63,061 bases of DNA, filler included, from Rhabdomonas costata (GCA_019059605.1; 54 parts of 54 records of this genome joined end to end with filler, not necessarily neighbours in it), one strand, 5' to 3'. Shown: positions 1 through 11,769, numbered from the whole stretch's first letter. Notes: a model not told the origin generated them from the letters alone. Numbers and translations are program-made.

Positions 1-1071
1 GGTTGTGGGGTGCAACCTCTCTCTCTGTCTCCTGGAGTTTTTGCTTCTGTCACCAACGGTTCCCTGGAGCTGCTGCTGTGACGGAGCTTCAGTGTGTTGT
101 TGATGTGCCTTTGCCCTTAGGATGGCCCCGGAGAAGCACAGCGCCACCAACTTGACTGTCCACCCAGAGGGAATTTTGGGATCAGGTGAGGCGGCAGCGT
201 TGGTTTTCAGCTGAAGTTGGAGTGAGTGCAATCCAATGCACGGCCTGCCACGATGGGTCCGACTGACTCGCAGTGAGACATTCACATTACAGACATTAGC
301 TCTGTTAAAAGAGCGGGGCGATTTGGCAATGGTCCTTTTTGTTTGGTCTTTGCCGGTCTGGCCCAATGACGGAGCCAAAACCGGGTGTGTTTCACGTCTG
401 AATCGCAAACCTTGCGCCCCAATTACTTGTGTTTTTGCCCGTACCCTGAAACGTGGAAAGAAAGTGTCCAGGATGAATAGGGGTCATTGCTGTGTTGTAC
501 AGTTTCATTGTTGTGGGGCGAAATGAAGAAAAACTCTGACTTGAAACATCCTGCAAATTTCCCCAATTTCTTTCGGAGATAGAACTAAAGAGCAACAATG
601 AGATCTGTGAAATCCCTTTTGGGCTTCCTTGCTTTCCTGGATTTGAGGGTGTGAGGAGCGAGTTGTTGTTGTCTGTTCTCTGTTTGCAGATCCTCCGGGT
701 TCGCCCTGCTCCAGCCGACGGCGCACGTACTCTCTCAGTAGCACTATGGGTCAGCTGCTTCGCGGCTCGGACACTCAGTCTGTTTCCAAATCGTATGCCC
801 GAACTCATCGCTCGCACATTCCGACAAGCACCACTTTCCGAAGAAAACGGAAGCTGTAACATAACATAATGCATGCGCTTAAGAACATGTGGGCGTATTT
901 GGGAGTACAAAGCCGAACGCTCAGGAACGAATTCACCAGCAGAGACCTCACAGCAACAGCACCAGGAGACACACGCGCTCACCAACACCGAGGAGAGGAA
1001 ACGCGAGACCATGAAGTCAAGCACAAATGAGCACAGCGAGACGTAACACCACCACCAAACACACCCACCAC

Positions 1072-1171
1072 NNNNNNNNNNNNNNNNNNNNNNNNNNNNN
1101 NNNNNNNNNNNNNNNTTAATTAATTAANNNNNNNNNNNNNNNNNNNNNNNNNNNNNNNNNNNNNNNNNNNN
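1072..1171. other. Artificial contig linker N44-TTAATTAATTAA-N44 (first of ~53, recurring every ~1170 nt)
   Basis: Identical N-padded six-frame-stop linker repeated throughout the window. Confidence 0.98.
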
Positions 1172-1603
1172 GTGGTTGTTGAGCGGGGCCACGTACGACA
1201 CGCACGCGTTCTCAAACACAAAGTGGGTCGCACAGTTGGCGGTCATGAAGGCCTTCAGGTCTTTACCCCCGTCGCTCTGCTTCAGATACATCACCTTCTC
1301 TTTATCCTCGAATCCCCCCGTCACGACGCGGATATCATAGTTGTAATCCTTGCCCTCCAAGTCTTGGATGTGACCTCTGCACTTGCTGCGGTCGGCTCTA
1401 GCAGCCTCATAGATCTCGTCCAGGGCGTTACTGGCGAACGTCCCGTCGAGAGGCAGATAGTGTCCAAGGTCCTGAAGGTCCTCAGCCATCCACTTAGTCT
1501 TTATAAAGTCTGTGTTTCCTGCGATGCTCAAGGAGCGGCTGGCCGACCGGAAGTCGTAGATCGTCATTATGTTGTTCTCTTGAAGTGGGACTTTGGGTCG
1601 TAC
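1172..1603 (-). CDS. Hypothetical protein exon (partial)
   Basis: Open frame (VRPKVPLQENNI)MTIYDFRSAS...NCATHFVFENAC after a ttag acceptor; protein-like composition; no family recognised. Confidence 0.55.
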
Positions 1604-2358
1604 CTAACGCCGGAGAAATCCACACGTTCATTTGAATTCATTGGGGATATGCGAAAGTTGTGTCAAAATTTCAATGATTTTTCCAGAACGGGAAAAGGAT
1701 GAAAAGGATGTACAAAGACGAAAGCAACATGGCAATGTGCTTTGGATCTTGGCAAAAGAGAGTACTGACGACAAAACTCAAAAAAGATACTACAAACTAA
1801 ATAATTGTGCATCTTTGTCCCCTCTTCCCCTTATGGGTCAATGCTGGGACAAAAACTGCGCGCATACCGTAGGCTTTATTTGCCGATTTTGCCATAGTTT
1901 TCTTTACGCCGTTAGCCTGGAGACTTCACCAGCGAGAAAGGGAAGGTCATGGGGGGGGGACTGTTCCTTAAGAGCAAAGTGTTGGGCAAGATGTGCCAGA
2001 AAGTTTGGGAATTATTTGCTATTTTCTTTTCTTCGCTCACTACTTGTTGTTGTACGAGTTGGAACCCCCCCCGCACACACACTGCATTGATCAGGCCTCC
2101 TATTTTGCGAAGGAACACACAAACCGATTTTCTCACGATATCCACTCCGTTTTGCGGGTGGACGGTGGGTGGATGGGGGAAGCTTGGAAGGGGACCCTGA
2201 GCAACCAACCATCTCGATAGCGTACAGAACGTTCAAGATCGNNNNNNNNNNNNNNNNNNNNNNNNNNNNNNNNNNNNNNNNNNNNTTAATTAATTAANNN
2301 NNNNNNNNNNNNNNNNNNNNNNNNNNNNNNNNNNNNNNNNNGTGGGGGGTGGTTGGTA

Positions 2359-2407
2359 AACGTTTAACGGCATTTACGTTTTCGAACTTTGCGGGTCGAT
2401 TGGGACA
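2359..2407 (+). repeat. Dispersed repeat, copy related to 37879-37927
   Basis: aacgtttaacggc...cgattgggaca with identical spacing in both contigs. Confidence 0.6.
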
Positions 2408-2867
2408 TTAGGGTGGAGGTGCGGCCGGAGCGAAGTGTGTGTGTGAGGGGGTCATCCAAAAAATGACTCTGGTTGTTCGGCGATGTTAAGCGGTGTTAAA
2501 CTTAACACCTGAGCATCGGTATGCACAAAAGCATTTTGTCTTTTGATGAAGTTATTTTCGGGCACGGGGGGTTAGGTATAGTGTGCGTGTACCCACTAAA
2601 TGATGTTATTTTGCCGAAAGGGGGCTAGGTATACTGTGCAACTGCCCCCCACCCCACCCCAGACGACGGTTTTTCAAGTTTAGAATTTTCGACCGTTTAA
2701 CGGTGTTGATCGTTTTGTGGTATGCCCTCCGTTTTGTGGCCCCCTCCCCAGAAAAATGCAACAGCCCTGATTTCACGGAAAGTTGTGTTGGGAGGAAGGG
2801 ACTTCCTTCTGGTTGGCATTTTTGTATGACTTGATTGTGAGGTGGGGTGTTTGTCGCTTCTGTGCAG

Positions 2868-3191
2868 ACCAAGAAAGGGTTGTGCCCCCTGCCGTGAACC
2901 GAGCCCAGCGCTATCGGTATCCACCAATTCCACTGGCACCTCCAACTTCACCGCCATCACCTCCACCTCCACCACCTCTGCTCCCTGAAGCAGGGGCGGC
3001 AGGAACGGGCCCCTGGCACCTGCTGCCCAGCATGCACTCTTTGGTTCCTGACTCCAGGCTCACCCACATCTGTGACAACTGCGGAGTGACGGGGACACAC
3101 TACCGCTGCTCTGCGGGTTGTGACATCGACGTTTGCCAGAAATGCTGGGCGGCCGGCACCACCGCCCACCTGGCCCGGTTCGGCGGAAGTG
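2868..3191 (+). CDS. Exon with proline-rich segment and ZZ-type zinc finger
   Basis: HICDNCGVTGTHYRCSAGCDIDVCQKCW; acceptor tgtgcag at 2867, donor gtacgt at 3192. Confidence 0.75.
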
Positions 3192-3603
3192 GTACGTCGC
3201 GACATTCTCAGGCCTCACAAATGCACGAAGAAAGAAGAACAAATGCACCAAGCAACTACGAATCACAAACAAATGCACAGTCTGGCAATCTCGGGACGGA
3301 CGGGTCCAAAAGGCCCTAAATGGACCAATACTGAACTTTCAGGGGGTGATTTCTCGGCGTGCACGAGTCCGAGCCCGAGAAGTGGCCAGCCAACTCTACC
3401 ACACCAACCAACNNNNNNNNNNNNNNNNNNNNNNNNNNNNNNNNNNNNNNNNNNNNTTAATTAATTAANNNNNNNNNNNNNNNNNNNNNNNNNNNNNNNN
3501 NNNNNNNNNNNNGTTGTGTGTGAACATAACTTTCGTCACCGTCTTCACAGTTTGAGGCCAGTGACGAAAGTTATGTTCACATACAAGCCTTTCCTCTTTC
3601 CAG

Positions 3604-4560
3604 TTGCAAGACATCGCCCCAGGAACTGTGCGATTCCCTCACCGAGAAAATGTGGTCATGGATGGCGGGCTACATTTGGCACCGCGAGCCTTTGGTTTGG
3701 CACCTTTCGCCGGATGGCAACGGGTGCGTGGCGAGGGTGATTTTTGGGGAGAACGTGGAGGACGAATGGTTCATCGTTAGCATGATGCTTGCCGCAAGCT
3801 CAGTTTTCGAAAGGGTTGTCTTCACAGCGCGAGACAACGATGGTGAGTTTCTCTTGATTGAAGCGGGGGACGTTGTGGAGGACTGGGTCCAGCCCGAAAC
3901 TGCCGTGAACCGGATCTTTGTTGGTTGGGAAGGATTATTATGATTCCACAGGCTCCTCGGACACCCGCGCAGCTTTTTGGACTGGGCGGGTTTTCTTCCT
4001 TAGAGCTGGAAGCGACTCCTTTGTCCCTCACAAAAGCCTTGGAGATCCTCGACTCCGTGCCTTTAGCAGACCTGGTGGACGAGGCGGTCACTCAGGCGGT
4101 TTTGATGCGCACGGCGGGGTACCCAGAGAAAGCAGTAAGCCACGCCTTTGCCCTGCACTCTGCGGCCGTGGTCCTGCCATTGCCTGTCTTGTACTGCCTG
4201 AGAAGAAACAAACACCTTGTCAGTGCTGCGGTTCACGCCCTGTTCTATCGAGACCCTCTGGAACTGAAAGCTTGTGAGAGAATGGTCACGTTTGGCCCAC
4301 AGCACGGGCTGCAGACCACTGTGCTGGAGTGCACCCGCTGCCTCTTCGCGATGATGGCCCACCAGCACGTGGGACTTCCCCCGTGGACCTCGAGCTTTCT
4401 GCACCCTGATGATGCTGTGCTGCATCGTCGTGAGATTCTAGGGCTGAAGCTTGCTCTGGGCTTTGAGTTGCTTGCTTTGCGCCACCGACGAGCCCGGGAA
4501 CATGATGCTACACCCGACACATCACCCATTCAACGTTCCGAAAAAACTTCGGGTTGCCAA
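3604..4560 (+). CDS. ECD: Ecdysoneless/SGT1-family protein (partial; 1-nt frameshift near 3924)
   Basis: YIWHREP...FGENVEDEWFIV...DNDGEFLLIEA...NRIF and later AAVHALFYRDP match the SGT1/ecdysoneless family; acceptor ctttccag at 3603. Confidence 0.88.
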
Positions 4561-4771
4561 CCCCCCCCAAACACACCAACANNNNNNNNNNNNNNNNNNN
4601 NNNNNNNNNNNNNNNNNNNNNNNNNTTAATTAATTAANNNNNNNNNNNNNNNNNNNNNNNNNNNNNNNNNNNNNNNNNNNNTGTGGGTTCTGCTGAAGCG
4701 CATTCGATCTGAACGATCAGTGAACGCATCCAATATTCAGCACAATCCCCACACAGAAACAGAACGCATAC

Positions 4772-5135
4772 TGGAGATGATGATCGCGGACATCTCCTGC
4801 AGGTAGTCCCCCACTACGTCGATCAGCTGCATGTAGTTCAGCTTCTCGGAGATCCCCGTGAAGTTCACGATATCGCTGAAGTGGATCCCTACCTGAAAGA
4901 CGAGGAGGCGCGGTGACCGACCTGCAAAACAGCAAGAGGGCTGGTAACGGGTCGCAAAGCCTACCTCGGCGGGCCTCATCCCCAGCTGGTGCATCTTGCT
5001 GTTGCGCAGCAGCATCCGCACCACAGTGCGGGGCAGGAACTTCGCAAAGGCCAGCAGGGCCTCCTCCAGGGCGAATGCTGTGGCCTCCATGTCATGAATC
5101 TCAGTGACCATGCTGCGCGCCACAGGTCTCTCATC
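4772..5135 (-). CDS. Class III adenylate/guanylate cyclase, bacterial-like; exons 5135-4965 and 4892-4772
   Basis: FAKFLPRTVVR...LGMRPAE|VGIHFSDIVNFTGISEKL...DYLQEMSAII; 72-nt in-frame GT-AG intron 4893-4964. Confidence 0.88.
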
Positions 5136-7138
5136 CTGCGGAGGAGAATGCATCCACAAAGGTTCGTGAGCCCTGCATTTCTGGGCATCGGTGATGATGG
5201 CCGGGCAGCGTCAACGTTACCATAGGTATAAAGACTGGTACGGTGTGAAGTAAACGCCTCGGCTGCCTAACAGTGCCACTGCGAGACCCGTCCCCCTTCA
5301 CTGAGTGATGCACAGCGGCACCCAAAAACATCTGCAGCCTCCTCTTCTTCATCACTCTCGATCGGGAGAGGGGCTTGACCAATGCGGGGTCCCGTTGTCA
5401 GAAGTGTGCCCCGCCAAGCGCCAGCCGCTGACCTTTTCGTCGAGTTCCTTGAGAGCGCCGGGCTTGCTCTGGACACCTTATTCACTCGCCCCTTTTGCTC
5501 AAATCTTTTCTCGTGGAACATAGGGTGCGCCTCACTGGGTCAGAAGTGGTCTGTCGCGTTGCAATGGCGGGGCTCTCTTTCGACGGCGATTGACACGGCA
5601 CGATTTTATTCCTTCACGTTAGCATGCGAAAAGGAAGGTAAAGCATACAGACACGCGCGAAAGGCGAGCGCGGATAAAAAATAAAGTTGCCCCTAACCTA
5701 ACACCCGAGCGCCCTGGGTGCACACACTCGCACGGAGATCCCACACCACCANNNNNNNNNNNNNNNNNNNNNNNNNNNNNNNNNNNNNNNNNNNNTTAAT
5801 TAATTAANNNNNNNNNNNNNNNNNNNNNNNNNNNNNNNNNNNNNNNNNNNNGTGGTGGGTGTGTGTGGTAGGGGGAGTGGAAAGGGAAGGTGACGAGAGA
5901 GAGACAGGCTGTGCCAACGGCTTCGACAGCTCACCGGACAAGACGAAGAGAAGCCACAAATAGTATGGTGACAGGCGGGCAGATGGGTACGAAGGGAGAG
6001 AGCGAGAGAGGGTGCAGGAGAGCGGGGTGCTGGTCGATGCTGGTGGGGGAGGCACGGGGTACGTGAACAAAAGGGCACAAGGAAAAACAAAATAAAACAA
6101 AATGCACCGAAGGAACAACAATTCTTTGCGGGTGCTGATTGAAGTCAACAGAGGAGCCGAAAACAAAGAGGGGAGGAACCGAAAGCCGGAATTACCAGAA
6201 ACCCCAACGAATTGACAAGCTTGAGGCAGATACCAGAGCGCAAACCACTTGGTACGTGAGCGAATAATTTTCTGAGTCTTCAAACAGGAAATTATCATAT
6301 ATTGTCACAGGCACTGTGACCTATGATCCTCACATCGAGTGGTGCAGTAAAACCAGACATTCCAGCAAACTCACCCCTGTCTGCACAGTAAATTCAGCTT
6401 CCAGCAAAGGGCATCGTTTTCGCTTTCTTTGGTAGTGCTCCCGCTCCTTTCGCAGAAGACACGCGCATTAGAGAACAACGTCACCTCAAGGTCTGCCTCC
6501 TCACGGATGCAAAGAAAGGCACCGTCTGCGATGTACGCAGCCTCCTGCTGGTGCCACCGTCGCAAAATATGTGCAAGGGCAATGCCCTCCCTCCCACGTT
6601 TGCAGGACCTTCAATGGACCTTTACTGGCACCGGTGCCGCACACAATAAATCAATAAATCCTCCAGTATATCGTTCTCAGGTAAAACAGCACGCCGTCTG
6701 TACGGCGGCAACCACGGGGTGATTTCGAAGGGCGCAAGTCCGTTCTACCGGCGGGAGTTCCGGGGAGGGGAGAAGGACCTTGAGGTATCACTGCCACTGT
6801 CCTCCATCCTAGAGCTCCTCCCGCTTTCTTCGCTGCCTTCCTCCAAGGCATCCTCTTCAACCACATGCCGGCGCTTCCGATGAGGAACGCGAACCCCGGA
6901 AGGCCTTCCCCACCAAACAAANNNNNNNNNNNNNNNNNNNNNNNNNNNNNNNNNNNNNNNNNNNNTTAATTAATTAANNNNNNNNNNNNNNNNNNNNNNN
7001 NNNNNNNNNNNNNNNNNNNNNGGTGGGTTGTGGGGGCCGGGATCGGTAAAAGTTGGTGTTTCCAGCGGGCCTAGGCCTGAGCGGGTCCGTGAGGCCCGTT
7101 TGGGGTGAACTGCCCATGGCTCGAGGACTCGTAGTCTT

Positions 7139-7604
7139 TCCACCTCTCAGCGTGAGCACCAAGGTGACTTCACTGCCATTGCTCAGGCCTGCTTCCGCGA
7201 GGGTTCCAGAGGGGTGAAGCTGGTGCCCTCCGAGGATTAATCGCTGGTGCCCTGGCGGGAGTGGTGGGTGTGGATCCACCCTCGCGTCTGCAGGTAAGCA
7301 TACGGAGAGGGAATGCCCATCAGTCAGTCGCACAAAGAAGACGGTGCCAGGGGCTCGGGGCGGGGCTACCAGCCCTGCAGGCTGCAACTCCTGTGACGAG
7401 GAGGAAGGACCGGTCTGAAGTACCAAAGTTGCGCTGCCCGTTACACCGCATTCCCAGAGTGACAGCGTGGGCAGCGATAGGGATCCATGCTGATTGGGAG
7501 GCCGCACTTGGCCCGGACAAGGGATTGTAGTTGAGCTTCGCCCTCGTCCGGCGAAACGTCCAGCACAAATTCCCCTGCTCCGATGAGATCATCAGCTGGA
7601 CAAC
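7139..7604 (-). pseudogene. Two tandem ubiquitin-like domains (disrupted), the second ending LRGG
   Basis: VVQLMISSEQG/EFVLDVSPDEGEAQLQSLVRAKCGLP/HGSLSLPTLSLWECGVTGSATLVLQ and FFVRLTDGHSLSV...HQRLILGGHQLHPSGTLAEAGLSNGSEVTLVLTLRGG; frameshifts near 7572 and 7495. Confidence 0.72.
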
Positions 7605-8091
7605 GTCGGAGGCTTCTCGGTGCTGCAGGACACTGACCGGCTTCCTTGCGGTGAGCAGGTCGAGAAGCGAAGTCTTGGCTCCAAACGGCCCGTCGATGAG
7701 GCTGTGTCTGCTGATTTGTCAGGCCGCACGTGCCACTCCTGCACCGGATACTGCACTCCACACGGCACGGCCAGTCTGTGCGGGGGAGCCGACACCGAGG
7801 ATGTTTGCCTTCTTGGCGATGAGCGAGGAGATGAATGCACGGGCGGAAGAGTGCAGCGTACCGAACGCGTTGGCCACAAAAGGAAAGCACTCCCGTCCTG
7901 CAGCAGTGCAGAGCGCCTGATTCTCACGCATTTTAGTTGCTGCCGTAGCATCCATCATATCGACTGGTCTGGCAGCTGATGCGCGGACGGTAGTCACGAT
8001 GGTGCAGTCCAATGCACGTTGCTTATCCATCCGGGGAAGATCAGGTCGCCCGGCCGCCGTCCCCAATCAGAAGCTGGGACACAACACAACA
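7605..8091 (-). mobile_element. Non-LTR retrotransposon (CRE/R2-type) restriction-like endonuclease (RLE) domain, degenerate
   Basis: GRPDL...RALDCTIV...K...LCTAAGRECFPFVANAFGTLHSSARAFI...VWSAVS: typical PD-D-K RLE C-terminal pattern; in-frame TGA at 7719-7721. Confidence 0.78.
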
Positions 8092-8626
8092 NNNNNNNNN
8101 NNNNNNNNNNNNNNNNNNNNNNNNNNNNNNNNNNNTTAATTAATTAANNNNNNNNNNNNNNNNNNNNNNNNNNNNNNNNNNNNNNNNNNNNTGTTTGTGG
8201 GCTCACCTATCGACTTGGCGAACAAAAAATGATGGAACAGCGAAAAATGGTTCACGGAGGGTGTCTCCCGACCAGTCCCTTTCATTTGCGTGAGAAAGTA
8301 AGTGTTGGATAAACAAGTCTTGGAACAACTTCCGCACTTTCTTATCCTTTTTTCTTCTTCTTTTTTGTACTGATCCACCATTGATAATTTTTCTACGGTA
8401 TTTTTTTTACTGATATTTTGACAAAGGAACAAAGTGAAAGGTCAGGAAAAGTTTCCACGCAAAGGCTACAGTAACTGGGGGGTTCTTGTGAGTCCAAAGG
8501 GCGAGGCCTATTCAATTCAATTCATTCTTTTACGCATAAGGTGGTTCGATGGCATTTCAAAATCAGCAGGAAGAGTGCGAAGGGCCTCGCAGATGAAGGC
8601 AAAACGACACGGGCGTGCCAGAGCAC

Positions 8627-9261
8627 CCTTTGGGAGCTCCCTCCGCGTTGCACATTATGGTGACGCGGTTCACAACACCGTACTCTCCGAAAATCTCAGC
8701 GAGCTCACCCGGCTGTGCTTCGTAATCAACCTGAGGAGGAAACAACAAAAGCACAGGAAACAGAGGAAGCAAGAACATGATTTAGCCAATTCAGTATTCC
8801 CTGCAAGCGAGTGCAAGTCGTAACTTTGCAAAAGGAATGAGATGGCTGGAGGTGGAATGACAACGTTGACAACGGATTGAGAGGACAATACAAAAAACGG
8901 AACAGATGGGTGGAGTTTTGGGATTCAGCCTTGTTTTTCGGCAATGCCCGAAAGAGGCTGCTACGACCAGAAATTCAGGTCAACTTGGCAATGTGGAACA
9001 GTATGTACTTTCCTTCACGTTTTGAAGACAGTTGCGCCAGTTCCCAATGTTGGATCTCTCCGGCAATCAACGGGGAATAAAGGGACAAAAGCTCTGAACC
9101 AACTGTAATTTCTTTGCTGCGCCAAAAAGCAAAGAGTTGCGAGTTGGGCATACATTGCCAATGTATATGGACCGGCGGTCAATGTCAGAGGAGGAGGAAG
9201 AGAGAGGAAGATCAAGCTGGCTGAGCTCAACTGCATCCGCTTGCCCGGACTTCTCCGCCTC
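8627..9261 (-). CDS. PABPN1: Nuclear poly(A)-binding protein 2-like RRM; exons 9261-9154 and 8730-8627
   Basis: Spliced DIDRRSIYIGN|VDYEAQPGELAEIFGEYGVVNRVTIMCNAEGAPKG; GT-AG intron 8731-9153. Confidence 0.85.
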
Positions 9262-9382
9262 NNNNNNNNNNNNNNNNNNNNNNNNNNNNNNNNNNNNNNN
9301 NNNNNTTAATTAATTAANNNNNNNNNNNNNNNNNNNNNNNNNNNNNNNNNNNNNNNNNNNNATTACTTTTCCCCAACCAAAG

Positions 9383-10255
9383 GTGGAGTTCAAGCTGACC
9401 TCTCTATCGGGGTCAGGCCCCTTGGATACCTTTGTAGCTGCAATCCATACCGCCCTGGGGGTGGGTTACCTCTGCCGGGCCCGTGTGGAGCTCCCTCTAC
9501 ACCACGACCCCTTGGGAGCCTTCCATCTGAAGTTCCGCCACAGCAAGTATGACTTTGGGCTGGCCCCAGTGCTGCCCAGCACCGAGAATGTCTCCTCCGT
9601 ATGCCACAGCGTATCCGGAGACAGCCGGAAGTTCCTCTCTCACAGCGCGCTGCTCGCCATGGTCAGCCCTCGGGTGAAGAAGCAGCTCATGAACTGCGTG
9701 CGGCTCTACCTCGGCCTCTGCACACGGGTCTTCTGTGAGTCGGAGGATGTTGGGGAGCGCACCTTAGTGATGCATCTGCCGCAGGGTGGGGCTCGCCCAC
9801 CCCCGCCCTCGCTCACCTACTATCTCTCCGCGATTAACTTCACTCGGCCGGAGAAGATTGTCGTGGTTCACGAGCCTGGCACGGAGTCTCCTGTGCTTCG
9901 AGGTCTACGGGCTCTGGCTAAACTCCGGATGCTGCATGGGACGGTGCGGTTCCAATCCAAGAAGAACAAAGAGGACCTCCGGGCGTTAATCTGTGCGCAA
10001 ATGCTTGTGGAGAGCCGGACTCCTCTGATGCACGTGGCGCAGCTAGGATTTGCGAGGAGGACTTTCACAAGCCGGTGTCGGAGTGCCTTTTTTCCGGACT
10101 CTACGGTGTATCGGATCAAAGGAGGGGGGTCCGGCAGCAGGGAGCTGCTCCCCAACCCATCAGCTGGCTTGAATATTGTGGATGCTCTGCTGGGTGCTGT
10201 GGAGCGACCTGTAGCATGTGGTAGGGGGACATTCCAGACTTTCTCTGAAGTGTGA
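9383..10255 (+). CDS. Long uninterrupted ORF; possibly a divergent fucosyltransferase-like (GT11-like) protein
   Basis: 290 codons; LVMHLPQG..PPPSLTYY..IVVVHE..EDLRALICAQMLVESR resembles the HxRxGD / PPLSYY / D..L..A..LV.S pattern. Family call is tentative. Confidence 0.55.
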   Translation: MEFKLTSLSGSGPLDTFVAAIHTALGVGYLCRARVELPLHHDPLGAFHLKFRHSKYDFGLAPVLPSTENVSSVCHSVSGDSRKFLSHSALLAMVSPRVKKQLMNCVRLYLGLCTRVFCESEDVGERTLVMHLPQGGARPPPPSLTYYLSAINFTRPEKIVVVHEPGTESPVLRGLRALAKLRMLHGTVRFQSKKNKEDLRALICAQMLVESRTPLMHVAQLGFARRTFTSRCRSAFFPDSTVYRIKGGGSGSRELLPNPSAGLNIVDALLGAVERPVACGRGTFQTFSEV

Positions 10256-10780
10256 TTGTGAAGTGAACTTGAAGTGAACTTGTGGCTCCACCCCACTCTC
10301 TTGTTTGCTTTGACGCTGTGAGTTTCTGGGACTTAGCTGACGGAGTGGCGACCTGAGACACTTTGGTGGGATTAAATCCGAAATCGCATCTAAGCGGGGC
10401 GTCCTGTGCTTCGGGTTTAATCCCACCACCANNNNNNNNNNNNNNNNNNNNNNNNNNNNNNNNNNNNNNNNNNNNTTAATTAATTAANNNNNNNNNNNNN
10501 NNNNNNNNNNNNNNNNNNNNNNNNNNNNNNNGTGTGGGTGTGTTTGGTTTGTTTGGGGTGAACCAAAAATCTGCAAATTCCGAGTTACGATGCTCCTTCT
10601 TCAACGGCATGACTGTGCTCGAGGGAAATTGACCATGGGGCGAACGCTTCTACACTCAACGCCCTCGTCTTCCTCGTTTCGATGTGCGCGTGTCTAAGCA
10701 GGTGGGTGGCACGCTAGCCCCTTTCCGTCGTCTTTCCTTAATTTTTCCAGCCGTCTCCACCTTCTCTTCCCCTCGCGCAG

Positions 10781-11113
10781 TCACGCAGATCACGTCGAGG
10801 CTCCAGACCTTCGTGCCCAACGGCGGGAACGATTATGTCAGCGCGTACCACGGCATGTTGTTGCTGTTCAACTTCTCCGGGCCGATCACCACGGGGCTGC
10901 AGTTCATTTTTACTCTCCCTGGGGGCGGGGCGGTGACCGACCCCCCGCAGTTTGCGGTGCTGAACAGCAGCGCCACCCTGAACACCTCAGGCCTAGGATG
11001 GGCCCAGACCGTGGCGGTGTTCCCCATGGTCAGCAGCTCCACGCACTCCTTCAACGTCACAACGAACCTCGTGAACTCCAACTTCTTCACTTTTCAGGCG
11101 CTGGTTCCCAGCA
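10781..11113 (+). CDS. Exon of a beta-rich, probably extracellular protein
   Basis: Polypyrimidine tract plus cag acceptor at 10780, donor gtatgt at 11114; GC3-rich codons; several NxS/T sequons. Confidence 0.6.
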
Positions 11114-11769
11114 GTATGTCTTATGAGTGGAGACAGTGAGGGGAGAGGGGGGGGTCTTAAAAACTAAACCAGGGGCAGGAAACCCAGCTCACTGAAGTGT
11201 GTGTGGTGGGGGTCAGTGGGCGATACTGGCCACGGGTTGCAGAACAATGACCGTTTTTCTGTTTTATTAACATGAAGACCGTATGCGGACGTGACTTTCC
11301 ATACAGGTATTCACCTCTCGCGCACACAGAGAACCTTTTTAATGGATAGTTCCCCCGCTGGAATCTGTCTTCCTCCTTTTTGTGTGCGGTCTCGGAAGAT
11401 TGCTGCAGGGCCAAGCACAGAGCTTGAATTCATCGATTACGCTGAATTCCACACTCTCCTCTGCGCGCAAACGCGGCGTCTGTTCTCAAACTCAGTGTCA
11501 CACTTACCGCTATCACTATTCTTCTTGTTCTTCCCATTGTTTCGCACCGGGTTGGGTTTCGGGGGTTAAGTTGAAACTCGACCCCCCCCCCACCCACACC
11601 CNNNNNNNNNNNNNNNNNNNNNNNNNNNNNNNNNNNNNNNNNNNNTTAATTAATTAANNNNNNNNNNNNNNNNNNNNNNNNNNNNNNNNNNNNNNNNNNN
11701 NGTGGGGGGTGGGAGGAGTATGACGTGGCCGACTGCTTCCTGAACACACCTCGGGGAAGCAGTACTCCA

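Noticed and set aside
236-1024. ORFs in the first contig and most short overlapping ORFs in the track
   Set aside because: No recognisable motifs; most are antisense shadows or intron read-through.
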